The position numbers and the translations under genes were made by a program. This document shows positions 36,601 to 48,000 of a DNA stretch of 64,000 bases, piece by piece. The stretch is taken from contig NMRA01000042.1 of NCBI GenBank assembly GCA_002633005.1, positions 432,838 to 496,837 of the forward strand, in the 5' to 3' direction. The notes under the pieces were generated by a model. The model ran no database searches. It was not told the DNA's origin and worked only from the letters and a program-made list of their open reading frames with translations. Positions within the stretch are counted from its first letter, which is position 1. Every line of letters starts with the position of its first letter. The DNA comes from Phoronis australis (Eukaryota > Animalia > Phoronida).

Positions 36601-39278
36601 TGTTTGTGTTCTTTATGTGTTCACTCAAATGTCTGGTTGTCGTATGTGCATCAAAGCATATTAACTGTTTGATTACTGTTTATTCAATATAGCAATATAA
36701 AGTGTAGACCAACATCATCAACACTCTTCGAACATATTGCAAAAGAAGACTCCTAGGCCTATTTATCGTGTTTCTGTTTAATATAGCAAAGCCTAAACCA
36801 ACGCATTCCCATTAATTGCTGTGTAATTGTTTCGCTGCAAGCGACGTTGCGTTGGTAATTTTCACGAAACATTTGTCGTAACATTGCCTGCTATTGTCTT
36901 TGTGCGAAGTGCTATTTCACCCAGTTATGACGCCGGTTTATAAACTCATGTAACACGCGTAGGACTACCTATACTGGAACGTTAGGGTCTAGACAATCTG
37001 AGCAGTCTGAGTGAAGTATTTTAAAAAATCTGCCGAAAAAATGAAAGAAAGTTGGGAATTCAAAGCGTATGGAATAAATACAAAACGTACCTCGGTTGGC
37101 GTACATGAAGGAATACCCCACTCGACATTGTTCCGTGTATCGACTACGACCTTCGGTCTCTGTCGATACGCGTAATATTGTCTGGAGAAAAGGTTCGTCA
37201 TTGGTCTCTAGAGAGATTGTAGTATATAAACTGGTCACTTACTTAGAGACGTGGTTGGTTGTTAGCAGACGTTTCTACCTGGTCCGCCAGGTCTTTGTCG
37301 ATGAATGAGGGATTTCCCGCCTTTCGCTCGTTAAGAATGCGTGGAGTACATGGGCGTACGTGGAGTCCTCTGTCTCGGTACCCCCGTGTACTCCAGCATT
37401 CTTAACGAGCGAAAGGCGGGAAATCCCTCATTCATCGACAAAGACCTGGCGGACCAGGTCGAATCGTCTGCTAACAACCAACCACGTCTCTAAGTAAGTG
37501 ACCAGTTTATATATTAAGCGTAATAATGTCTCGTGGGATATCACATCATGTATACCACTCTCGGTACGATTTGTGTATATATTTGTGTCGTCATTTTTTC
37601 AACACTGGTGTTTTGAGGGATATTCAGAGAAATGTCTCCTCGTGTTGTAAAAATTTTCCGTGAATATGAAGAGGTGAGGAAAAAGATCTGTGACAATGAC
37701 TATTGTCCGGCGTGTTTTTAATGAAATGTTTGAGGACTCGGGTCTGCTTCCAACTATACGAATGAACAAGCAACATAAATACACACGGACCTTTAAAAAG
37801 TCCTATATGTATTTATGAAGTATTACTATCAAATTTCAAGTTTGTAGCGAAGTACAGAATCATTAAACTGTGATTGCCTTGTGGTCTCTGTGATTACAGA
37901 AATTCAAACATTGAACTTAAAAATGTTACTCAAATTTTGTATATTCTGAATTGTTTTATCATTCTGAAGAAACATTACATGGGAATAAGTTTTGGTTAAC
38001 AATGCTCGCATATGACGTTCCAAAATAAAACGAAGGGGAAAAGGTGTTTTTGAATGGGTTTGTAAAGCTGCCTTCCTTCACAAAAACAACACATTTTGAT
38101 TTGCACTTCTCGGCGCAATGACATTTGTTTCACGTTGTTCTTTAGTCGACTTTGAAGTGATCTTAGGGCTTCAAAACAGTTGACAATTCGTTATTGGTTG
38201 AGACCAGGCTCTTTGACTTGATTTGTCACTGTTACTGTATGTCCCTATCATGCTAGAAACATAGGCCTACAACGTTACTGTATGTCCCGATCATGATAGT
38301 CTCGATGAATAACGAGCTTTCAGTTCTTTGCAATCCCAGGTATCACTTCCCATTTGGGTATGGAACAAAATGCATCAAACCGATCCATGTCAAACGTTAA
38401 TTCGCTTCATGAACGTGGATAACTCACATGAAATTAACAAAAATCTGGGCAATCTAACTAAATTATTTCAATCATCAACAGGCGAGACTATATCATAAGT
38501 TTAACTGCACCTGCTACATATTGACTCGTATTCCTATAGAACGTATTCCTACATGTACAACGAGTTGCATTATTACATTTTCACGTTATTTCGAGAGATC
38601 ATCCCACAATCTATAGCACATATTTAGTTGTTTCATAAAGTGAAAGATATAGCTTTTTTGGGGGATGGGCTTGTTGCTGTTATTATGTGCCAAAATAGGC
38701 CTACCCAGACTACAAAAATTATGGGTTTCTAGATGGGTGTCTAGTGCAAGTTTTATCTTGGTAGCTCTTGTTTCGAGGAATAAATTCGAGTAAGAACTTG
38801 AGTTCAGATACGAAATTATAACTTTAATGCTCGGGTCATCAAGGGAAAACTAAGATCAGCCATCCACGTGAACTATAACGTAACTGAACATGGAAAAGTA
38901 CTTTGTATTTTGTAAAATGTAAAAGAAATAAATTTGAGTTCGATTTCGACTACAAAGATTACAGCCTGGGTACTGACTCTGACACGGTTTAACAAGGGTA
39001 GGAGTATTCAAATTCGGACAATGTCAGTGGAACAGACGTCCTGTCTTTTTCGGAAAACCGTCCGCAGTCACTCGAGTCCATCGAATATTCATATTCATTG
39101 CTAGACCTGTAGTTCTTGCGTGTCTAAGTTTACTCTAAGTTTTACTGATATGAGAAAGAACAAAACAAACCGACTCACTTGACTGATCCTCAGCAGTCAC
39201 TGTTGGCATACCGGTTGAGCTTCCGATAATAAGAGTGATGGCGACAATTATGGAAAAATTCACAATAAAAACGTTCAT
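30431..39278 (-). CDS. Novel secreted poly-aspartate protein B (about 174 aa, 4 exons)
   Basis: Exons 39179-39278, 35175-35264, 32709-32792, 30431-30681, all introns phase 1: MNVFIVNFSIIVAITLIIGSSTG/MPTVTAEDQS-NARPTEESKGSVSYSVGSKDPKTDEVKEFQ-GEWMNETSEQRLEDILDEVKEVESSIIS-GNQWEEILESFESSDENGDDDEGEEEEGKDEEEDDDDDDDDDEDDDGDDDDDDDNDDDDDDGDADDNDEDDGDKDDDDNDGDD*. AATAAA (minus) at 30316-30321. Confidence 0.8.
32709..32792 (-). CDS. Protein B exon 3 (acidic amphipathic helix)
   Basis: cttgcag|GAGAATGG...ATCAGCG|gtaaat. Confidence 0.75.
32840..33055. mobile_element. Degenerate CAGGG-type MITE
   Basis: CAGGGATAATTT...AAATTATCCTTG; no clean TSD. Confidence 0.5.
35175..35264 (-). CDS. Protein B exon 2 (GC donor; alternative in-frame GT donor at 35243)
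   Basis: tttttgtgtttag|ATGCAAGGCCA...TTTCAAG|gcaagt. Confidence 0.68.
35320..35610. repeat. Low-complexity (AAC/ACT)n tract followed by (GTT/GCT)n tract
   Basis: Degenerate trinucleotide runs that switch strand polarity near 35520. Confidence 0.75.
37223..37513. mobile_element. Foldback (palindromic) MITE with about 130-bp near-perfect arms
   Basis: TATATAAACTGGTCACTTACTTAGAGACGTGG...CCACGTCTCTAAGTAAGTGACCAGTTTATATA; short central spacer; TA-rich flanks. Confidence 0.88.
39179..39278 (-). CDS. Protein B exon 1 (signal peptide)
   Basis: ACCAACATG start, hydrophobic core, STG/MP cleavage-type site, donor TCAA|gtgagt. Confidence 0.8.
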
Positions 39279-39295
39279 GTTGGTGATGTACAACT

Positions 39296-39378
39296 GTTGT
39301 GAAAACGTCTTGCTTATGTGACGCTGGTTATATCGATTCATGTGCATCTGGACACATATCACAATTGTGCGCATGCGT
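39296..39378 (-). promoter_or_regulatory. Putative core promoter of gene B
   Basis: Minus-strand TATAAC (39328-39333) about 30 nt upstream of an Inr-like TTCAC near 39300; NRF1-like TGCGCATGCG at about 39368-39377. Confidence 0.28.
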
Positions 39379-40490
39379 AGTTTTCTTAATAATAAAGCCG
39401 TGTTAAATGAAATGACCCTCGAGTAGATTTAAGTTATTAACTTAAACAAATACAAGCTCAACATCTATATTTGATACACGCGTGCATCTATCGTCAATAC
39501 CACCTGTTGATTCAAATGTTACAAAAAATGCAGTGCAGCGCTTTTTCAAAAAACATTTTCTAAAAGAAAACATCGAAATGGCGAACTCCAACATTTGGAA
39601 AGCACAATGGGTTACAAAAAGTAGATCTTTATGGAGCCTGTGATTTCAGCGGTATGCAAATCCGGGCTCCCCACTGGAATGAGGTGTTTTCTCCCACATG
39701 AAGATTCGACTGCTTTGATGTTCTTATTCACGTTTGAAGAAAAATAAAACAATGCCCTATAGGTCATTTATTTACCCAGTTGGCGATAAATTTGTATATT
39801 ATAAATACAACAACTGAGTGATCGCCCGACGCTGCCTTTTTGCGTCATTAGAAGCAATGAAGCTTAAAAAGGCGGGTGCTCGCTTGATGGGTGCGTCATC
39901 TTGGACGAGATTGATACGAGTTGTAAGGAATAAAATTAAATGTACAAAACCATCTTTTTTATTTCTTTATCTTCTCGCATTTTCCTGAGATATATGTGCC
40001 AGCAGGTCTTTCTCATATTTCCACCTTCGTGTTTGTACATGTACCTATACTTCAAAGATTACTTTTGATACCTGTTCGTGGTCCTAAATTACCTGTTATA
40101 GCCTTACGCTTCTATGTGCGCAGTTTTCGAATGCCGCCAAAGCTGCATTGAGAGGTGCAGTCAACTTCTCTAACCACTGTAAATGACCAAAAACTTAACA
40201 TAGTACCTCACTGAGACATTATACTTCTGAAGCAGTTTCATTTACTACTGTATTGATATTCTGCAAACACAAATGACGTGGCGGTTGTTTTTTTAGACTA
40301 GCTCGGTCTGTTGAGATCGATGATGGCTAATTAGTCTTTACTGTTGTGTTCACTTGGATAACATGTTATTTCTTATACACTCGAGGCATCGGTTCACAAT
40401 TTAGGAACACATCTGGTTCGCGGGGACAGCTGTTTGGAACAAACGACTGCATAGTGACGTTGAACGACTTAGTGACTTCCAATAATCATA

Positions 40491-40655
40491 GATGCGCGCA
40501 CCCAGCCTTCAATATGGGGGGGCTCGAATTCCTGACTTCGTGGACCTTTTGGTAACAAAAAAGCAGGCAGACCAGAAAAAAAGGACTTATTCCTCATTTT
40601 CTCGGACCTTTGGGCTCGCTCAAGCCCCCCCCCCGCCCCCCTGGGTGCGCGCATG
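40491..40655. mobile_element. MITE, CATGCGCGCACCCAG family
   Basis: GATGCGCGCACCCAGCCTTCAATATGGG...CTGGGTGCGCGCATG; reverse-oriented relative of 25431-25669. Confidence 0.8.
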
Positions 40656-41513
40656 TAAAGACTAACAGTAACATCGTTTTATACCCTGAAATCTCTTCAG
40701 CCACAAACTGATGTGGACGAAAGCCACAAATAATATTGCTTTAGTCGACCAATCAACTCCATTTCATACAGCTCAACAAAATTGCTACGACGGTGTTCGG
40801 ATTTACCACCGTCCCTGAATTGTTCGCACTCACAACTGTGCTACGCATGACCAAATATTTAGAGTCCTCAGTCTTGTTACTCCGTGTTCAAATGTTCAGA
40901 GAAGGCGAAAGGAAGGTGCCCCGCTTCATGCCAAATATTGTGTTAGTACTTTGAAATTGTGGCTTACATCGTAAATGCCACTTGATCAATACTCTAGAAC
41001 TCCTTCAGTCATTATGCCTGCATTTTAATTGTGGTTTGCCGAGTTCCTACAGTGAGTTTTTGAACCTTTAAAAGAGGTTTGTCGTGGTTCAAGCAAAGGC
41101 GCCAGAGGTACGTATGCATAGCGTCAATTCCCCAGCGTTCGCAGAGAGACGATTACCTTCAAGTGGTTGGATACAAAAGCCAGTGTGTAAACAACTAAAA
41201 TTGCAACTAGGAAGCACAGCGGTAGTCAGTGCACAGGGTAATAGCTAAACCTAATAAAAGATTCTGCCATGGGTGGCACTGAATAGTTAGGTTGTGGCCG
41301 CGGTCAATTTGCACTCCCAAAATGTTAAAATCTAGGCCAGGCTTGGGGGCATTTTTAGTTAGGTATTGTGTGTAGGCCAAGTGAATGTTTTTTTTTTGTA
41401 TTTGTGAACATGCTGGGAATGAAAAAAGGCCAGTTTCTTGGCTGTAGCTGCACTCTTCTTCAAGATGGTGGCCCCCTGTTGCAGTTGTGCATTGCTGTGT
41501 AGCAACTGAGAAA

Positions 41514-42048
41514 NNNNNNNNNNNNNNNNNNNNNNNNNNNNNNNNNNNNNNNNNNNNNNNNNNNNNNNNNNNNNNNNNNNNNNNNNNNNNNNNNNNNNNN
41601 NNNNNNNNNNNNNNNNNNNNNNNNNNNNNNNNNNNNNNNNNNNNNNNNNNNNNNNNNNNNNNNNNNNNNNNNNNNNNNNNNNNNNNNNNNNNNNNNNNNN
41701 NNNNNNNNNNNNNNNNNNNNNNNNNNNNNNNNNNNNNNNNNNNNNNNNNNNNNNNNNNNNNNNNNNNNNNNNNNNNNNNNNNNNNNNNNNNNNNNNNNNN
41801 NNNNNNNNNNNNNNNNNNNNNNNNNNNNNNNNNNNNNNNNNNNNNNNNNNNNNNNNNNNNNNNNNNNNNNNNNNNNNNNNNNNNNNNNNNNNNNNNNNNN
41901 NNNNNNNNNNNNNNNNNNNNNNNNNNNNNNNNNNNNNNNNNNNNNNNNNNNNNNNNNNNNNNNNNNNNNNNNNNNNNNNNNNNNNNNNNNNNNNNNNNNN
42001 NNNNNNNNNNNNNNNNNNNNNNNNNNNNNNNNNNNNNNNNNNNNNNNN
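41514..42048. other. Assembly gap (N run)
   Basis: Run of N. Confidence 0.99.
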
Positions 42049-43592
42049 GAGTTTCAACCAAAAAACTCTTAACCCCCTTTTAGGTATGACATGAAGTTAA
42101 AAAAGTTATTAACTTTCATTAAGTACAAAAAACGCTTTTAATATTACGCAAGAATGAAAAATTCTAATTAAGTATCAGCTGAGAGTACGTTTCAATGGTT
42201 TTTATATAGTTTCATGGTGTTTTTAAAACAGATGGTCTTACTTTAACATTAGTCGAATAAGTCCAAAGTTAGTCAGCGCGATACGTTGTCTTGTTCACAG
42301 GAACACAGAAATCTCGTAGGTTTACGAGATCGAGCTGCGGATGCCGCAGAGACGCTGGACAGAGATAACGCCCGGCAATATTCCCATATGAGACTGCATA
42401 AAAAGGGTGTGCTAACCAAGAAATGACAAAAATATACCATAGCTTATTACCTCGAAATGTTATCGTTCTTCAGTGGCTTTGGCCGATTTGTCTCACAAAC
42501 CCTTGGAACTATTACCTAAACAAGTAATAGTCAGTTCTCTGACACATAAAGGACATTGTCCTACTTCCGGGTCACGCAATAATGGTGAAAACACCTCTAG
42601 CAACTATACACCTTTGTAGAAAAGGGTTCGAAACGTTAGAATTACCAGTGGGCTGTTTTTCAGTAAGTGATTGACTTTTTACTGAACAAGTTTTGTAATA
42701 TTTCACGAAACATTCCTAAGTTATCTGCTCTACAAAAATCAAAGTAAATACAACACCTGTGATTTATGGTTCTTATTCAGCTCTATATGGACAAACATAA
42801 CAAGGCTAATAAAACTGAAGTAAACAATTGTAGCCAAATAAACGCTTATATAGAGAGCGTACTACAACAACTAAAGACTGGAAAACCTGACTTAAGACCA
42901 GCTCCTCGCAGAATACTACTAACAAACTTGAAGAGCCCTATCTCGAGCAATAACGAACTTAGTCAGATTTTCCCAATTCAACAAATCACCCCTAAATTGA
43001 CTTACATAAGAACCATTTGAGGCCAATTTCATAATGGGAAGTTAATTTTTGTGACCTAAGTCATACAATATTATGTAGCTGCTTTAATACAAGGGAAATT
43101 ACAGTGAAAGTTAAATGATACCAATGTCTTCCGGATGAGACTCTTGCCTAGTTCCTGCATATAAGCGCTCAGGCACTCCGGAAATTTCAATTCCAGAGAG
43201 TGCTTACATGGGTTTGCTCCTGAAAAGATTTCTGCATGACTGAAAACATCTCATCAACACCCAACAGCAGTCCTATATTTTGGGTATTGTCCACAGCACA
43301 AAGCATGCCCACATGCTTGTCAAAGCAAGAAACAAGTAACTGCTGATAAGCAAGCTAAAAGGACAACATAGCAACAGTACCACACTCCTCAACCTTCAAA
43401 TATAAACACAGTTCATAGACAAGGCTCACTTGTTAGCAATGTTAGCATTGTACTGGTACACTTTGATAAGTCTGTAATCACATCTTCTCATGGAACATGT
43501 GGACATGTTCTTTATCCAATGAGAACAATCACTAACAATCAAACATTGTGCCAGAATAAGAAAACATGTCTTATGCATTCAAAAAACAAATT

Positions 43593-43734
43593 CATGGGCG
43601 GCGCAGCACTGAAAAGTGGGGGGGGCTAAAGCTCCCTCAGCCCCCCTGTGGGGCAACACCTACAGACTATGTGCAGTGTAGAACTGAAAAAAGTAGGGGG
43701 CTATAACCCCAGCCCCTATGGTGCGCAGCCCATG
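43593..43734. mobile_element. MITE with CATGGGCGGCGCA termini, 5-bp TSD
   Basis: AAATT|CATGGGCGGCGCAGC...GGTGCGCAGCCCATG|AAATT. Confidence 0.82.
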
Positions 43735-44788
43735 AAATTATTACCCCGACTAACAAGTTATAAGGCTCACTGGCTCTCCATCAAAGAATACAGACCTGCA
43801 GTCAGTGAACAGTGGTTGCAAGTACAGTACAGGTAGTTTGGGTGCCTAAGCCACATCTTACCACTTTGGAACTGTTTGGCTGTGAAGGAGGAGTACTGCT
43901 TGTGAGTCTAGACACGATTTTTGGTGTGTAAGCAGTGTTTTTTGAGTCCGACACCCTGTTACACGGTTGGTACGCTGCGTTTGCCAGTCGATGAACTGTT
44001 TTTTGAGCTGGTAAACTACATTTTGAAAGCCTGTGAGCCATATTTATTAGTGAAAGAATTGAGTGTTATGTTTATGGCTGTGGTATCTGTGTTGTTCTGG
44101 TAGCCTGACAAGGCAATGCAGAAGTTTAACATGCTTGTAGTTATTCAGTGTCCCTGACAAGTCTAGCATGCTATGCATAAACTCTACAGGTGAACAATTT
44201 GGCAAATGACTATTCCTGCAGCTCAACTTACATTCATCTCTCCAATATTGGAAAATGATGAAAATAGTGAATCATCTGTTATTAAAAGAAGTACAAAATT
44301 GCTGAATAAGATGCCACAACAAATATCATATAACAATATTCAAAATAATTTAATCAACAAATACTTTTATACACATTTACACTTAGCTACAATCCAGTGG
44401 AGATTACATGTATACGATGAGCTTACATATTCCCTTGTAACTAAATATACAGAAAATACCTTAAACAACTTTGCAAAGCCAACACTTAGACAAAGTGAAT
44501 TAACCAGATCCCAAAACCCTACAAATGGCAACTACAATCATATTATCTGATATCTTTTTACAATGTACAGTAGCCTACAGTCTCTACATGCATATTACAT
44601 ACAATGAACCTTGAAAACCGTCTCACTATAATAGAAACTGACATGTATATAGGCAGTGTTTTGTAAACAGAAAATTGTAGAAGGCACAAAGTTATGCAAT
44701 CAACACAAGACAGTCAAAAGCGCACTCTCTAATTAGCATATGACTTGATGAAGAGCCATAGGAGCCCAGGCACTACCACCATGCAGTT

Positions 44789-45018
44789 TCACCTGGTGTA
44801 GTAAACCCTGTAGTACAGGGTTTTTGACCGCCACAGGGAATATGAGTTGTCGAATTTCAATAGGTAGACACCTCGACCAGGATAAAGATGGCTGCCACAG
44901 TAAACTTCCTCGTGACAGTCACGTCGGTAGACAGGGATGATCTCGTCAACAGGTGGTCCAGTCTCTTCTGAACTCTTGGCACCTTTCTCGACGTCGTTTT
45001 CATTTTTACCACTTGCAG
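44789..45018 (-). CDS. ACBD3: ACBD3 last exon (GOLD C-terminal half)
   Basis: gatgacag|CTGCAAGT; [51 protein letters not shown]. Confidence 0.95.
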
Positions 45019-48000
45019 CTGTCATCAAAACATAAAGTTTAAGATCATGGACTGCAATTACCACATATTATGGTGAGACCTCAAGTCAACACATGGCTAC
45101 CTGAAGGTGAAGCACTGTTATGTCACACAAACATGTGACAAGTTGACTGTCAGTGCAATATAAATATGCAGAAAAACTGTCAACCTTTGAAATTAACACC
45201 TGTGTAAAGGGACACATGTATACGCATATCAATACACAAATACATAATTACACATTTTTCAGTTGCTTAGTCCTCTATTGGGCAGCACGTGCCAATGACA
45301 AATTTCAATGTCTTCACAGATAGTGACGGTGGAAATTTAGGGTGCCGTATCAGAGTTGCATAATGCCCCCTCCCAGAGATCTGCAGCGTCTCTCACCTCA
45401 ATATCTCTTTGACCTCCACTATCAGTAAAGTCTGAAAGTTAGAAAACATCCCCCACCAGGGACCTGTCTCAATATTCTACTGAGAGACACCACCTCAGAT
45501 AAGGAAATGCACTCCTTACGGTAAAGAACTCAAGGCTCTGAGAATTCCAACCCCAGGACTCCTGGAGTTGGATAAATTCCTTCCATAATCCCAGTCTCAA
45601 GAGCTGAATAATGGCTTTTGCTGGGTACACCATGTCTCAGAGTTAGACCATGGCTGCCTGTAGAGAGCCCATTGCAGAGTTAGATAATGCCCCTCCCCCC
45701 AGGAACCCTGTTTTAGAAATATGTATTACCTTCATCCTCTTCCAGATCCTCGTCACTAGAATCACTGACTTCCACTGTCACTGTGTTGTTAGGTGAAATA
45801 GTCCACTCAAAGTAAACTCCAAAGCCGAGGTCATAGCTGTCCGTGGCAAACTCCCAGAACAAGCAAGTGCCCTCTTCATGGGTTGGTACTCTCACCTGCA
45901 AATCAAGACCACTCCATGTACATGTAACCAAGAACAACACATCACACTTGCTTTAGATATTAAAACAAAGTCAGGCAGCAGCAACACATAATGCTCTGTC
46001 ATACATTCGACTTTGAACTCAATATATGTTGAAATTGTGATTACTCCAACTCAAGTATGCTACACACAAAAGATCTGCCTGGCACTTTTGCTTAAGTGAT
46101 TTCCTGAGGGAAATTTGTAAATGACCACCAAGAGGATCGCATTGCACAGAAGCTCTGTACCACTAAATATAAATTACATCCAACATGTATGCCTGCTAAC
46201 TGAGACAATAATGATTTAGAATTTAATCCCTTTTAACATGCCCAGCCAACTTTAGTGCATATTTCTGATGGCTTCCAATAACAACAGAATGTTTCATTTC
46301 AGGTTTTTTTGTAGTTGAATTATAACCACTTACTAGGTAGATAAAGCAAACCTGAACAATACCTTGGCAGAGACAGAAACAATAAAAACAAAAACCAATA
46401 AAACAAAAACAAAACAACGGAAACAAAAACTTACAAAAACATAGAACAAAAAATAAAAAAACAACAAAACAGCAAACAACAAAAACAAAAAAGAAACCCA
46501 ACAACAATAGAGTATTTGCTTAATCATGGTTACACAGCAAAAATCAAGAATTAATTGAAGTAGATGAAATTTATTCAGAATTCAGTTGAGTTGATGGATC
46601 AAGTAACAAAGACAGAACATTGTGAGTTGCATGTTGATAAGGCAATTTTTCTTCAAAAATAAGCCCTCTAGGTACACTTACTGTTACTGTCTCCCCAGAG
46701 CCGACTTTTATAATGGAATCTAAATTTTTCTGTAGCTGACTCTCCTTCTTAACTGCTTCTTTAAACTCTCTTAAGTCCTTACGAGTCCACATGGAAGCTG
46801 CTGCTATGTGTGCTGGCAAGTCATCTACAACACCAAGCCACAACAGTCAACATGCCATCATCTTACCCGTGACCTGGGAGGAGGGGAGGGAGGAGTTTCT
46901 CAAAAAACTTTCCGACTTTTGACTATGGACTAAATCCAAAAGGTATCTGTCTTTTTTTTGCTTTTTTTGTTGATTTGTTGGTGTGTTACGAATGATATGA
47001 CAGTTGAAATTATTTAGACTTCAATTCGGGATAAAGTTCATAGTCTCAAGTCAAACGTTTTACGGGAAATGGCCCTCAAATCCAGCTCACTAAAGCTCAA
47101 CTGAAAGTGGTTCTCACTGCAAAACATGACTTCAGCCTCCATTGAAGTTCTTGGTGGCAGACGACCAGTTTACTTATTAAGCAACTTTTTGTGATTTTGG
47201 GGAAAATCGTAAGGAGAAGGCAGATCATTGCTTCATGGATGAACAAAGAAAAAAGAGTTATTGACAAAGATAAGTAAAGATACCTGTAGGTCAACTGTAC
47301 AAAATGAAACCTTGAACCAGGAGTTGGCTGGAGCGGATTTGAGTTATGGGAGCATGTCTGAATGCAGACATCCATTTTAGTTATAGCGATCACACACATT
47401 TCACAAAAGAGGTCACCAGTGGTCACTCACCGTGGCAGAACTTAGAGAACCTACTCTAATCACATTACCAGGTAGAGTTTTGTATATTTCATTTTTAAAC
47501 TCTGTTACATTGCGTGTTGACCACATGGAGGCTGGGATAATTTCCGAATCTGAAAGCAAGACTCTTGACATTCAGGGACAGCATTATTCATTCACAGATA
47601 CCAAAGCTGAAATGTTGTCATCAGGTGTAAGAAAGTATCAACATGGCTCAATTTGGCGAAATGCAAGTCGCCAGCATAGCCCCAGCTTGTGTTTGGTGAC
47701 TTGGTAAAAATACCAAGTCGCCATGAAGTTGCCACACTCACATCAAAACAAGCACTCAAAATACCACAGGAAGTAAACAGACGCCAAGATGGGAGTTGGA
47801 ATCATTTGGCAAAACTTGGGATGGCTCGGTGATGAGTCATGCAGTCAGGTAATGTGTGCTGACAGCTTGCAAGTGTCAGTCCCATGCCAATGCAAAATAT
47901 TGTGCCCGAGGAGTAAATTGATAGCTACCAGGCAGGCTAGACATTCCTAATTATCCATTCAATAAAAAAAGATGCCGAATGAGCCGTCTTGGGTCCCCCG

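Noticed and set aside
41207-42083. Long ORFs spanning N runs (also 55510-56349)
   Set aside because: Artefacts of assembly gaps.
46223-46527. F/V/C-rich hydrophobic ORFs
   Set aside because: Translation of an (AAAAC)n low-complexity intronic tract.
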